From Bugula neritina (taxonomy: Eukaryota; Animalia; Bryozoa), in assembly GCA_964035545.1 (NCBI GenBank), contig OZ037769.1, positions 11,066,633-11,130,632 on the forward strand: a stretch of DNA of 64,000 nucleotides, in the 5' to 3' direction. The position numbers were made by a program, and so were the translations under genes. Below the pieces are notes generated by a model. That model was not told where the DNA came from, did not search any database, and was given only the letters and a program-made list of their open reading frames with translations. Shown here piece by piece: positions 1 through 14,128 of this stretch; position 1 is the stretch's first letter; each line of letters begins with the position of its first letter.

Positions 1-565
1 TGAATCTAGAACTGGAGTCAACACTCAGAGTGTTGCAATATCACCAGAGTCTCTACATCACGATTAAGGCACTATATACACACACGCGGTACTGTTAAGG
101 TACTAACACTGTTGAGTTACGGCTGCAAAGCTACATGTGAAAATAATACCAAAACATGTAGAAATTTTCCCAAGTACTGAGCAAACAGGATGTTAGAATT
201 GTGTCCCCAAGAAAATTGATGTTACATATTTTAGTCTCATATCTACAGTTGATTCGTTAGCCTGACTTATCTGTAGAAAAGAGCATTATTTGATGACTAC
301 TTTATCAGCTGCAAGCATGGATTTATAAAATAGGAAAAAAAATTGCTTGGGGTTGGAACTCTCAGCATGTGCTTACGAATCTTAGAATGCTGCCTACATG
401 TGACTATGACAATGCTGATTCAATAAAAATACCTGATACTTAAATTAGAAGTTTCGTTTCGAATTTAAACAGAGTAAACCGTAAACAACTACAATTCCTT
501 AATCTAAAGTCTAAATGAATAATAAAAATGTATATTAATGAGCTAGTTGAGTGTAAAATCTCATG

Positions 566-3500
566 TTAATACAAATGTTTCTTAGCTGGCATTTCCACAT
601 ATCCCTTTGTTATAATACTTTTCCACAAAGCAAATAGGCTAGTGTCAGGTTTAGTTTGATTGACAATGTCCTTCAGGTCACTGTACGTCATGTCAGATGT
701 GGGCAGCTTAAGGTACCTGCAACATAGGAGTGAAACAGACATGCCAGCTGTTATGTATACCTGATACTCAGACATGTCATATATCACGGGGAATCCCTCA
801 CCTACTCATTGTCTTACGAACATTCCTAGCGTATAGCTGTGGATCCTTCTTTTCTTCTTCTGACGGGTGGTATACAGGGTGCCACTCCACGGTCATACTG
901 GATATTGGTGTGCACAAGAGAAGAGACCAAATAGCCACCCTTTACAACAAGTATGGGTGGTTATTGCATCAGATAAGGTGACATTAGGACATAACAGCAC
1001 AATCATACAGAGAAATATTGCTTCAAGTACTGATTAGATTAACAAAAACAATCCAACTTCAACTAATTCGCACAATTTATAAAAATGCTAACTATACAAG
1101 GTAAAGCCTCTATGTCTAAGTTTCCAACATCTCTTCTCAACTGGTAAACACACAGTGAAAAACAGAAAGCAATCAAAATAGCATAGTATGATAGAGGAAT
1201 AAACCGCTTTCTAACAAGATATAGTAGTGGTGGTATAAGTAGCTGATCTGTTTGAACTGTATGTGAGATAATAAACTGAAGGTACAGAAACCCCTGAGAC
1301 AAGATTTTAGAAAACGACTCACAATCCTGGTCCAGTATCAATCCAGCTGGTTACATCTAATCTGTTATTGAAGGTTACAGACATGGGCTGTACAGACACT
1401 CCTGGAAGGAATGGTCCTAGAGGAGAAAGAGGTTACACATGTTTTGTAAGGGCAGAACAAAGCTTCTAGTAAATTCCACTCTCAGCAAACATGAAATGCC
1501 GATTTGACACACGGTTGATATGACTTGCCACATTTTATAAAGCTACTCCTTCGTATCAATAAGACAATCCATGTGTGAATAGTAGAGTGGTGACAGTAGT
1601 ATGCTAGATATATCTTATATACTCACGCACCGACTTTAAAGGGCAACAAGTAACGACCATTAGAACAAAAGCCTTCTGGGAAGATAATAATCTGCGGCCA
1701 TTCTCCGCCAGATTCGACTCGATCCTTGATTTGTTGAGCTGCTTTGCTCCGAGAGTTGGGATCCTTTCTCTCAACAAATATACACTGGCTTGCTCGAAAT
1801 ATGGCTAACAAATAGACAACAATGTGTAATTAAATGCTTCACTATTGAAACACAGCACTGCTGCTTGTTTCATACAAATACACTTCATTTATGCATTATT
1901 AAGATATATTCATATATCTTGGCTATATCATCTACATACTGTTTGGGGGTAGTATGCTCAAACAACTTTGTTTTATATTAAACTTTGTGCACACGTGTCC
2001 TAAAATAATTTGAATTTCTGATTAACCGCAGTATTACAAAACTAATACTAATTATTGCTAATTTTCATTGAATGTTATTTTTAGCTGCTGCAACACACAG
2101 ATAAATCACTGAGATGGTTTAAAAGTTTAAATTTTCAACTAGTTTATGTCTTACCTCCAATCACAGGCAAGTGAGCATTCTCAATAGAAGACACAGCTCC
2201 TGGAAAACCAATGATGGAGTGTGCTAAGGGACCAAGTGTGTCCAGAGAAGAGGAGTGTGGAGCCATAATTATAACCGGAGCTTCTTTTGCCGAGGCTTGT
2301 CTCCCCTTGACAGTCTGTTTGAGTAGTCCGGCCGAGTAGCCAGCCAGACGCACAAAGAACATGGTCAGGTCTTTTAATACACTACAAACACATAACAACA
2401 TGTACCCACACAAGGCTAGGACATAACATATAAAAATTAGATATCTCAACCCATCAACATATCAATTACTATCAGAGAAAATAGAAATGTGAAAACACAA
2501 GTTTATAAGAATTTCAAGCCACATATTTTTGAAAATCTAGAAAAGCCTGCATTTCAGCATATGGACTACAATTCTGCTTCCAGACACATTATACACCCTG
2601 GGATAATGTCTAGCAAGAGTCAGTTCAGTGCTAAAATTTATTAGGAAAAACTTCCATGCAACAACTATGTATATCCTCAGGCGTAATGCTGAAAGACAAT
2701 ACAATTTCAACCATTTCCTTTTTGCTAAATAATGAGATTTCAGAGAGACTGTACAAAGCTATGCAATGAGTTTCTTGACCTAGTTAAAGAAAAACTAAAA
2801 CGTCTTAGAGGTATCCTTTACATCTGTCGGAGCAAGCTTAGATGATGTTAGACATTCTGGATAACCTCGCACTCTACAACCAGCCAACTAGTACATGTAT
2901 CTACTCAAACCACTCTGTAGAACTGTAGAACACACACCGAGCTAAAATATGGGGAAACAAATTCGAAACATGATACCACACTTCTACCACATACTTATAT
3001 GGCTCAGCAGCTGTTGAATCAATTTCACAAGAAAATACCAGAACCTAAAATTGGATGGGCTTGTTATGCTCTCTATTTGACACCAACGTAAACCAGACGC
3101 TCTTGATAGGTTCCAGCAAAGGTTGTTGAAGTTCACGAAGTGAAAATATCAAAGTTGTTACTAGAGCACCTACATGGCAGCGCAAAATATTGGACAACAG
3201 AAAACCAGGGTGCTAAGGAATGCTTATACTGGTGAAGATCCAGAAAGCTTTTCCCTCCAGCAAAATTTAGACAACATAGTCAAGAGACTACCAACTATCA
3301 TACTAAAACCCAATGCTGTTACAGGGAACACAACTCTGAATCATTTAGCCAAGTCACTCAGCCTGATAACACAGACACACATCACATGGACAGAAAAGAA
3401 GTAAATAGACATCTAGATAGTGGTGGATATGGAAGAACACAGTCTTGGTATACCTTCAACTTAATTAGAAGGTGTTAGGGTGACAATAGGAATAAAACAA

Positions 3501-6405
3501 AAGTAAAAACTTACCCGTATGTATATATGAGTCATGAATTTCTCACCAATTGTACTATATTCAATGCACTTTAAATCAAACTCAGTTAACACAACAACCT
3601 ATTGTACAGTTATTAATGGCGTGATCAATGTTCAATAACATCAGTAGCATTACAATTTAGTGCAGCTTTCATTATTTACATTATATGCTGTGTAAACTAG
3701 CAAATACTATAACTCAGGTAATTATGCATTTTCAAACAATCAAAAATGCCAAGTATGCATTTAGTTTAGCATTGATTTATACTAAATTGTCACCCATAGA
3801 AATTGCTGTAAATTAACTGGACAGCAAACTTACTACAAACAGAATTTACCACGAGTTTGAGAACTCGAGATTAATTAAGTTAGCCCAGTCACAAATCAAC
3901 TCGTATCACTCCATGTTGTAGTGCTAGGCACACCAGTTTTACACAATCTCACAGATTAGAACCATGGAGCAGTCTTTTAGCTTTATCTTTTAATAATTGA
4001 TCAGAGCATTGCAAGGAGGTTCCAGCTGATAATAGTACGTGACGAGTCATTATCAAGATTTAAGGTAAACTGTGAAACCGGTGTACACCAGATATAAGAA
4101 CTACATTAACATCCCACTCAAAGGGTTTCCTCCAGGAAATAAAACTTGCAGCCTATGAGGTGGCAGCGAATCTGCATTTAACTTTACTTTGCTGTCGGCA
4201 GCACAGTGGCACAGTGAAGCGTACAAGGAAAGCAAACATTACTTGCTGAAAACCTAAATATTTCTAGCAATGTGAAAGCTATTTAAAACTTGAATATTTT
4301 AATTAAGAGGCAATATAACTGAGTTTATACTATCAACAGTAAAGATAACTATTAGTTTGTGTAATACAGATAACAAGTTTATTCTGCGGCAGGTTTAGAT
4401 CTCAAGCCCCGGAGCATAATATATTAATTTAAATAATAAACTATATGTGAGGCAGTCATTCCTGTAATGCTGTTGCTTAAGTTACCATCACCATGCACCA
4501 CTTCCTTTTCAGATAACATGATTAGTATTAACTTTATTACTAAGGAAGTCGACGTAGTCTGGAGGTTAGAGCGTTTGGCTTAGTAAAAACACGAAGTCAT
4601 GGATTTGATTCCCAGTAAAGGCAATTGGTGATGTTAAGAAGAGCATTCAGTCATAATTGCTCCTGTGTTACATATGAATTATTGGTCCTTGGCTCGTTTT
4701 TAAAAAACCCTTTCCATCATGGGTTTCTCACAAAGATAGTGGCTATAAACTTGCGAGACAGTTACACTGCTGCACTAACATATGAATATAATTGAGTATT
4801 ACATTTAAATATAACTTTATATAGAAATAGAATGTATGAAGTAGCATATTACATTAGCAGTTAATACTGCAATATCTCTGAAAATCAACATACATTCTCC
4901 AGCCACTAAGTGGCTTGTCAGGAAGTAGCGGTAAGCCAATCACTGCGATTCTGGAGGGTATCCATGCCAATCCGAAGAATAAACCAACCAGGAAAAGTTT
5001 AACTGGTGCCAATGTGAATGCCATAAGAAACCACTACAAAATGTATACAAAATATTAGAATAAGAAAATGGCTGACTTTATCATCAATCATAAGTGGGAC
5101 GTTCACTAAACTTCTGTGTTTGACGAACATATTTAAATTCCGAGTCAGAATCTGAGTTTCAGCATTTAATTTACAAAAATGCTTTGACTTGACCTAATTA
5201 ATCGATTGGATCAGAAACCTGTAGCACATCAATTTTCAAGAAATTTAAGCACTTGAAAATTACAGAACATGCATCTATAATTTGAAAGTCTACGACCTAG
5301 GTTTAGATTAAATACTAAAATCTTAATTGGTTGCTATTGCATCTAAGTTATTTTCAATAAAAATGGAAGGCCAATTCATTTTTTAACTGAATACCAAGTG
5401 AACACAACTACCCATTTAAACTGACTTGTTTTGGATTTAACTTGATAACTCTGTTCTTGGAACTAAAAAATCAAAACTCCAATTCATAGTTGTTTCAATA
5501 CGAATCCGTTTTAAAAAATTTTCAGATCCTAAAAAATATTTAGTGTGTTCTAAAAATAATATTAATGTGTCGAGAGAAGCCATGTAACATATAATGTACG
5601 TTTATTCAAATTAATTACAAACCGAAATTAACTTATTAGGTAGAAGCAAAGAATATAGAGATAGAGCGGAGTGCTTTTTACTACACAGTTATATCCAGAT
5701 GCTCACATATATAATATACAGAAGAGTAAGGTTTAGGTAATTAAGCTGTAAAATACTGAGCAAACAATAAAATTATAATTACAACATACAACATACCACT
5801 TGCCTCTTTGCTATAATGTTACATTATTTTTACATAATCAACTGCAAAGTATAGACATTTCCAACTAAATTAGAAACATTATTTTTGCCAATTGTGATTA
5901 TTCTAGGCACACATTTCACCAAGTTCCTAGAAAAAAAGATTGGCTTTCTAAAATCCAACTAGAAGCTATTGTCCCTCACACCAAAATGCTGAATTGCAAA
6001 TTACCAAACAGTTTGATATTAGTATGGCAAGAAATGGTTTAGGCCCCTACATTCCCCAGTGTAATATTCTTAACAGTTTTTATTAGCTGATTTATAACAC
6101 TTTACAATAAATTGAACTCTAAAGCTGAAAATATATGTCTTGCTTTTTTTTCACAGAGATTTTACCTTAAATTAAAGATTTTTTTTAAAAGCTTTGAGTT
6201 TTCAAAGATGATTCAACTACGTCTATGGCAGTGTACAAGATAATAAGTGTTTTAAAGCAAAACTTAAGTAATTCACTCTTACAATCAATCTGTCTTTTCT
6301 CGTAGAATAAAGAGTATACTGGAAAGGATGGTCATCTGACGGTGGCAATTCATCTCCGCCAGAATCCTCCAAGGTAGGAGTGTTTTCCATGTCTTTCTCT
6401 GTCAT
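566..6405 (-). CDS. Lysophosphatidylcholine acyltransferase (LPCAT1/2-like), 7 coding exons, ~348 aa, no EF-hand tail
   Basis: Phase-consistent GT-AG exons: 6405-6283, 5033-4894, 2381-2155, 1804-1631, 1416-1323, 939-802, 716-566 (1047 nt). The translation has an N-terminal hydrophobic segment ending PLSGWR, acyltransferase motif HSSSLD (HxxxxD), IFPEG, FKVGPFLPGVSVQP and PVYHPSEEEKKDPQLYARNVR. An acceptor AG sits just before the ATG, implying an upstream UTR exon. Confidence 0.9.
2620..3460 (+). mobile_element. Heavily decayed LINE (RTE-like) fragment in LPCAT intron
   Basis: Broken peptides such as KIWGNKF...YLYGS and HITWTEK resemble the C-terminal part of RTE ORF2; many stops; boundaries approximate. 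Confidence 0.3.
4544..4758 (+). mobile_element. tRNA-derived SINE (copy 1)
   Basis: A-box-like TAGTCTGGAGG and B-box-like GATTTGATTCC, followed by ATTGGTGATGTTAAGAAGAGCATTCAGTCATAATTGCT. Colinear over ~200 bp with the copy at 31585-31789. Confidence 0.7.
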
Positions 6406-6673
6406 ACTGACACCAACTCAAAACTTATACATCAGTCTACACTACAGAGATACATTCGTTTATTAACTTATGTATGTTCACTATAGCACTCAATGTTCTA
6501 CAGGGGGCTGTTATTTTTTGCAAAAGTATACCAGTCTTGTGCATTATAGCCAAGTGATCAAATTCTACGAATAATATTAAAGCGTTGAGAGAAACCATGG
6601 AACATATAATATACATTCATTCAAATTAATTATAAACCAAAATTAACTTGATGGGTAAAAGCAAAGAATATAG
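5571..6673. repeat. Pair of ~88-bp direct repeats (5571-5658 and 6588-6673) flanking the LPCAT start exon
   Basis: GAGAGAA.CCATG.AACATATAAT...TTCAAATTAATTA.AAACC.AAATTAACTT...GGGTA.AAGCAAAGAATATAG present twice. Confidence 0.7.
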
Positions 6674-7721
6674 TGGGTTACTTGAAGTTTCTGCTCTGTA
6701 TCAACAGACACTGTTCAAATAAAGAATAATGACCAGTCATTATATTTCCATCAATGATCTGAGAAACTACACAAGAAATTTTACACAACAAGTTCAACAA
6801 GATGTTATATGCATGCTAATTTTAACAGCATAAGCAGTAAAAAGAAAAAAAAACAAACATTTTTACAGATTAATTGAAAAATTTATTATGAGTAAAGATT
6901 TGAAAATCCCTAAAAATGTAGATAGTGAGCTTTTCTGAAAATAGTTCAAGGATGGTACTGTGACAGTTGACAGCAATGAGGTCATCAATGACTAGTTTTA
7001 CAATCGGTTTTGACAAATGAGAGGATATTAGATCAGCAACATTTTATTTACTAACAATTCTCTTGAAATTTTACCAGGTGGAATTAATAAGAAAAAATAA
7101 GGACTCCCTGCACCTAACTGGTTGAAAATATGTAAGTTAATTGTGGGCTATTACAACAGCTAACTACATAGAGCATACTTTTTAAGCAAAGTTTGTGTAT
7201 TGCCAAATTAATGAAAAACTGCAAATGCCAAACCTGCTCACGAAAAAGTTGTGATATCTAACTATGCGAGATGAATTACACACGTGCCAGAGCTGTGAAA
7301 AATGATTAAACGATTTATGTCTTAAGCTTTAAAAAAACTTCTATTAGATTTCTTGAAATTTTACTAGGTAGCATCCATAAGCTTGTATAAAATTTGAAAA
7401 ACAAGTCCCTGCACTTGATCAGTTGGAAATATGCAAATTAGTTGTTGACTCTATTACAGGAGCTACCTGCTTAAAAATATTTTCCATGCATCAATTGCAG
7501 ATGGTGTATTGTCAAATCAATACAAAAATTTAAATGCTAAATTTGCTCACAAATTTTTTTAAAAGAAAAACCCTAAAATAATTGGCTAATTTCGCTGACA
7601 TGTATCACATGTAATAGGTATGCTGGAACGTATTGTTTTTAAATCTGTATTGAAAATTTAAACAATTGACAACATAGGTTAGGTGTAGGTTTAGTTGCGA
7701 AACAAATCACACTCTTGCCAA

Positions 7722-8122
7722 AGCTAATCTAAGTCCTCATTTTTTAAGAGGCACCTGAGATAGAAAACGTAAAACATACCAGATACCAGATATTTGTAAG
7801 AAAAACTGTGTTTACTGAACCCTCGGTTACTTGCAACGTTCAAAAATTTCTGTACTAAAACCAATACATCCAGCATAAATTAACTAAATTCTGCTATCAT
7901 AAGCTGCTATGCTGATGATGCCTGAACTCGGAAAATAAGCAGCTCTTTGAGAGAAACAAATTAGTGTGTTGCATGTCAAAGTAGATAATCCTTTCAAACG
8001 CAAAAAATATAAAAGAATTTTCTCTAGTAAAAAAATCAACTGGCTTCAAGATGCCATTCTAAAGTAGGCTCATAAAGGTGTGTGAGAGACAAGGTACCTC
8101 AGAATGAGGATTAAATAAAGCC
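7722..8122. mobile_element. Possible MITE with imperfect terminal inverted repeats
   Basis: TCCTCATT...GAGGCACCT at ~7734-7756 is the approximate reverse complement of AGGTACCTCAGAATGAGGA at ~8092-8110; no ORF. Confidence 0.35.
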
Positions 8123-10859
8123 TAAGATCCAAAAATCATAGTTGAATTAAAAAAAGTGAAGGAACACAAATAAATGAATGTATAAACACTTGCTGCATGA
8201 GGCACTTAAGAAGAGTAAACCTCTTGCCTATACAAGTAAGTACATATCAATGCACAAGTGTGAAGTTACATTCGGCAAAGTCTCAATAAGACGTTTGTAT
8301 GTCATCCAATTTATATAAGATTATACTTTTAGATTCATTAACAACTTCTACAAGATAAGCATGATGTTACATAAGCTCAGAGCCCAACATAAATTAAAAG
8401 TCAGCTAAAAATCGTAGAAAATTTCCAACTATGCACACAGAGGAGAATTTTCCAATGAAGCACCGTGCTATGACCTATATAGGCTAAGCAAGATGATTAA
8501 AAGAAAAGCTACCTCCCTCAGAAATCAGACGGTAAAATCTATTGCTTAAAATTGAAAATATATATTTATTACCCGCATAAATGGCAATGTGAGTGTGCTA
8601 TTACTCTGCACCACCTAGTCGCAATTCGGAAATAATGATAGTGAGAACATCATAAAACCAAAAAGGCATGCCAAAAGGTACAATGCCATCTAAGACTAGA
8701 GTGTTTTAAATCTATCCTCCATGAGCCGAGACGAGCCGGATGAAGTTCAGATTATCATACAGACATCATTAAGAATAAGATTGTCAGCGTAATATCGAAT
8801 ATAACTTATTATTATAAGTATAACTATAAGTTAAAGTATATAATAAAGTAATATAGTATATAAATTAAAAGTTATATTTATACTTATAGTACTTATACTA
8901 GTAGTACTAGTATTAGTAGTAATAGCAGTAGTACTAATAGTAATACTAATAGTAATACTAATACTAATAGTAATAGTAATACTAGTAATACACTACTACT
9001 ACTAGTACTAGTAATACCAATAGCAATATTTATATTTATAGAATTAGCTCAACTTTAAGTTATACCGCTTATACTTATAGTATTAGTACCAGTATTAACT
9101 TTAAGTTTAAACTACTAGCAGTAGTAGACGTAGTACTATTGGCATTACTATTAGTATTACTATTAGTATAAGTATTACCGGCATTGTTAAGTGTTAGTGT
9201 TATAGACATACGTTACGTAGTTAATCTAATAAACAGTTAACCTAACGTTAATCACTGTTGTCTGTTACACTTACAGCTACTGTGTCTGTTAATCATATTC
9301 ATAATGATAATCATAATGATAATGATATTCATATTGATAATCATACTGTAACAGTAATTACTAACTTTAATAATAATTTATTCAAACTCAAGAGTATTCT
9401 TAATTCTATTTCTATACTAATAGTTAAACACCTTTTAATCAACCATCAACATACAACTTGTCGTGTGTGTAGAAATTTAAATTGTAGGTCTTTAAGAACC
9501 CAAAAATTACTAAACGATAACATTGTCATTCTTAATATAAATATGTTTGCAAATTACAGCAATTTTAATGAAATGGGTCTTGAAGCAAAACTAGCCGAAA
9601 ATAAGACGGAAGTTGTAAAAAGTAAAAACTACAGCTGATGCAATAACCTTAGTATCAATATAATATTAAGTAAATTATGGGTGAAAAAAAGAGCCCCATT
9701 GCAATGAGATTTTCTGTGATAAAAACTTACAAGTTATCTCCTCCAACACGATTCATTTTCGATTCGAAACAGTCAAATTAGCATAATATTGATATTCAAT
9801 ATTCACATCGAATTTGATGATAGATATCTTAATAATTTTACCAATAAGTTATCATGTCATTAGCGAGATAATTTATATGTCACTGCTCAGCATTGCCACT
9901 TTTAATGTTATTGTAAAAATAATACTAATAGTGTCAGCAATACATATTGATATTCATAATCATTAATGATAATATAAATATTAATATTTATTATAATTAT
10001 TTATATTGATAATGTTATTCACTTATTGAGTTATTGTATTAATAATTCAAATTGACATTACACTTTACAGTTACTCAATATTAAGATCAATATCATTTAC
10101 ATCATCATTTATGATTATGGTTTGTGATCAGATTAAGATTAAAAGATTATCAATATCATACGATTACTATTAGTATTATCATTATGATTATGAGTTAATA
10201 ATTATCTTTAATGCACAATGACTATCATTATCAATAGTCATTACTCATAGTCATTACTTTAGACATAGTCATTAGAAGAATGCCAATATAATTAAACAAT
10301 TAAATATTTATATAATATATATTACTATCAATATGACTGTAAGTGTTAGTATTTATATTAATATTAATATTTATATGACTATTTTTATTTTAATATTATA
10401 TTATTAATGTATAATTATATTACTTTATATAGCTTTATAACTATAAGTGATACTATTTGTTATTGTAAATAACAAACTTGTAGTTGTTACTGTGAGTATA
10501 AAATGAAGCTAAAAATAAAAGCATTTTTCATAGTTTTAAAATCATGATGATATTTATATTGAATTTAATATATTATTGATATTATATTTATATTGTAATG
10601 TTAATCATAATGCTAAATTACTAGTAAACTAATAGTGTGTCTGAATAGTAGTATAAATGCAAAAATAATTCATACAATAATAGTAATAATTATTGCAAAA
10701 CATATACTTTAATTTAAACTATCCTTAATTTATCATCATTATGATTATCTGGTAATCAATCACCATGATTATCATAATTATAATGCCCTTCTATCTCTTG
10801 ATCTTTAGTACGTACTAGAACACGTAGCAAAAGACGTGCCTCTACAGTTTCTAATTACA

Positions 10860-12490
10860 AGTCAGCAAGTATATTCAGTTCGCCACACAATTGCAACTGC
10901 AATAAATAATTATTTAGTGCAAATTTAAGTTCGTGAACTGTTTTTGGAAGAAAGTTGATTTTGCAAAGAAAGGTTGAGAAAGTCTTCCTAGTGGCTAGTA
11001 GATAAAGTTTTTTTAAGTTTTAGTGTCAATCAACTCATCATAAGAGTTTGTTAAAGTTGCATGATTTTCCTCATTAGAGATAGTTCTCAATAGCAAATTA
11101 TGCTGTCATAAAGAGCTTCGAGTCTAGTTGTTCACATGCAGTAGTGATACTGTCTTTTCTTTCCAATTTGTAATAGATAGTGTTGCATAATTCTGTACCA
11201 GTTCCATATTGTAAACTGGGGTCCCAAACTGTTGCACATTTTCTAGTTGTGGCCTACAGATTGAAATATATGCGAGTAGCTTGGCTTTTTTGGTACTTGG
11301 CAATACCTCATTGTTAGCCTTGCTTATTTTATTGTTGATATGGTTGATGAGTTCTAAATCTGATTGTAGAGTGAAACCTAGATAATTTTTTTCTTGCACA
11401 ACTGAGAAAGGAGTGTTCAGCTTCATGAGTTTGTGGTTGACGCTCAAATATCATATTGGTACATTTACCAGCACTAAATGACATGCATGATATTTTGGTT
11501 CAGCTTTAGGGTGCATTAATGTTGGTCGAAAGGCTTATCTGTCTTCTAAAGTGTTAACTACTTGATAGATCGGTGTGTCATTAGCGAATAGGCTGCTATT
11601 ACAGTTAACATAGTTTGGCAAGTCATTTATATAAGTTAGAAAAGGAACTGGACTGGCAACAAAGTCCTGAGGCACTCCAGATGTAACTGCCAGATCTGAA
11701 CACATGTCCTCTGATGACTACACTTAGCTTATAATTATTGAGAAAGTCGTGAATCCCAACAAAAAATTGGCGGTTGATTTCTGGGATTTGTCATAGTTTT
11801 TTCCTGAGTGATCGATGGGGTACCTTGTCAAAATCCTTAGCCCAGTTTAAGACGACTGCATGGGTTGCACATGTATCCGTTTTCAGCATTTCTCAAAATT
11901 TCTTGGTAGGTTCCATAAACCTGAGTTTCACACAAAAGCCTTTGCAGACTTCATGCTGTTAATTGTGGAGTATTTTGTCAAGTGTGCTGTTCAAATAATG
12001 TAGAACAATGTGTTCTATAATTTTACATGAAATGCATGTTAGGATTATTGAGCAAATCTGAAGGACCTTTTTTTGTGGAGAGGTGACATAAGCCAATTTT
12101 CGAATAGTGGGGAGTTTGGAGCTGCATAGAAGAAATGGTGAAGATTGCGGTTAGACACCTGGTCTTCTTTACGAATGTCATCAGGACCAGGAGATTTGAC
12201 ATTTTTAAGTTTTTTATTAACTTGAGAACACCTTGGCAGCTAGTTGTTATTGGTGCTTTTATTGTGTTGCTGAAACTGTTTGTTGAGTTATGGAGTTGAT
12301 GTTGGGACACAAAACTAGTTGGTCAAAAATTAGTTCAGCATGTTGGCGCATTCTGGTAGATTTTCTTTATGGGAGCCCTCGGGTTTTGTCAGTTTCATGG
12401 GAGGCTTGGACTTGTTCTGTATCTGTTTGAAATGGTGGTAGAAAGGCTTGCAGTTGTCAGTTTGGAATGATATACAAATCTTATGAAATA
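10860..12490 (-). mobile_element. Decayed CR1/L2-type LINE reverse transcriptase region
   Basis: Minus-strand peptides in the expected order: KPFYHHFK; GVLKLIKNLK; DFDKVPH; VTSGVPQDFVASPVPFLTYINDLP...LFANDT (YADD box mutated); AYISICRPQLE. Many stops and frameshifts. Confidence 0.85.
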
Positions 12491-14128
12491 TGTAGTTCTG
12501 TTGAATATTAAAAATTCTTTTTTTTATATTTTTATTAATATTTATATTAATATTGGTAGCCATAATCATTATCAAATATCAATGTAATTTTGATTTTTAT
12601 TGCTGCTGTAACTTCAAGTAATTATCATTCACTACATGCATAGACTATGGCTTTGACTTTTAGATTACGATAAATATGTTGTGTTATGTTGATAAGCAGA
12701 GTCATAATGATGGTCGTGCTAATAGTTATCTTATACTTAGTGGTGTAGTCCTACTAATCACCAAATTTAATCTAAGAGAATAAATGTAACAACTGTTGCT
12801 TTACAGTAATCGTTGTTTCAAAATTTTACGTAAAACCAATTTTATTTACCAACATCACCATTATAATAGTAATCTATGTCAGGTCAGATGAAATATCTGC
12901 TACCGGATGATCATGAAAACCGGTACAACCTGTTTCATGGGTCGATTGGTCAGCGGCTAAACTGACTAGTGGGTGAGACTGGACGTGCTGAGGTCTGGCG
13001 GGCTATGCCAGTCAGTGTGAGGTCACACACCTTCCAAAAGCGCAGGGATTAACATACTTTTTTCCTGGTCAGTCACTGCAACAAATAAGGGGATCAGTCT
13101 GTCTAGACTTTTCCTTGCACTGGCAACTCCTTCTCTGCCAAGTATGTGCTATTAGTCATGCAAAAGCTAGTGGTACCTTAAATCCTTTGCAAGTTGTTTA
13201 CATGAAATGGTACGTCAAAAACAAATTCATGCCGGCTCAGACGTCGCCGGAAATAGCAAAGTCTATGTTTATCTGTTTTGACTCCGGCAGTCAGTGAAAA
13301 GTGTGCTTGGAGACAGAAAAGTCAAGTCAAGTTAGGTAATGTCAAGTACTGAAGTCACCATGGCTAGAACTCAGCTCTGACATGAATCAATTTACATAGC
13401 GTATCCAGACTTATAAAAATAACTTACAGTACTCAGTTGTCTCTAAAGCAAAGATGTTAAATCTCTGACTCAACAATATGATTATAATAATAAACATTAT
13501 ACCCTGGCTCATAGTACAGTTTGACTAACTTCCTGGAAGAGTAACATGTTATTTTAGAGGCGAGGAAACTGTAATAACCTGAAAAAGCTCTAAAACCGAG
13601 CTTGCAGATTTTTTGCATGCATAACTGAATGTTGCATTAGCATACTTTTGAAAAAGATTTGTAAATAAAAACCCTTAAAAGTCTAGGATATGTATTTTCT
13701 ACAGTTTTTAGGCTGCAGCTTTTGTAGCTTGAGAAGAACAACTTATTTTGGGCATGTTTTTGTGGTGCTTATGTTTCTTTTTCCCTGAATTTTTAATACA
13801 CCTTTGAATGAGTAAAGTTAGGGTAACTTCTTCTTTAGCTGTAAACAGTCAACGCTTACAGAGTACATAATAATATATGCATATAAAATGCCATAAATCA
13901 GCAACAACAAAAATAAAATAATGCTCATGCATTCTTATAATTGTTTCCAGATTCAGAAATTTACTAAAAACATTTGTTTTTTACTACTTTTTATTAATGA
14001 CTGAGTCTACTAATGCAATATATATTGAAACCTTGTTGTCACTATCCTAAACTCAGTCATGGTATGTGCTCCAGTCTCTTCAACTGTTCTAATCTGGTGT
14101 TACTTGGAAGGTATGGTGGCTTGAGGAG

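Noticed and set aside
12880-13340. GC-richer segment as DLGAP promoter or first exon
   Set aside because: Plausible, but no start site or exon could be fixed from sequence alone.
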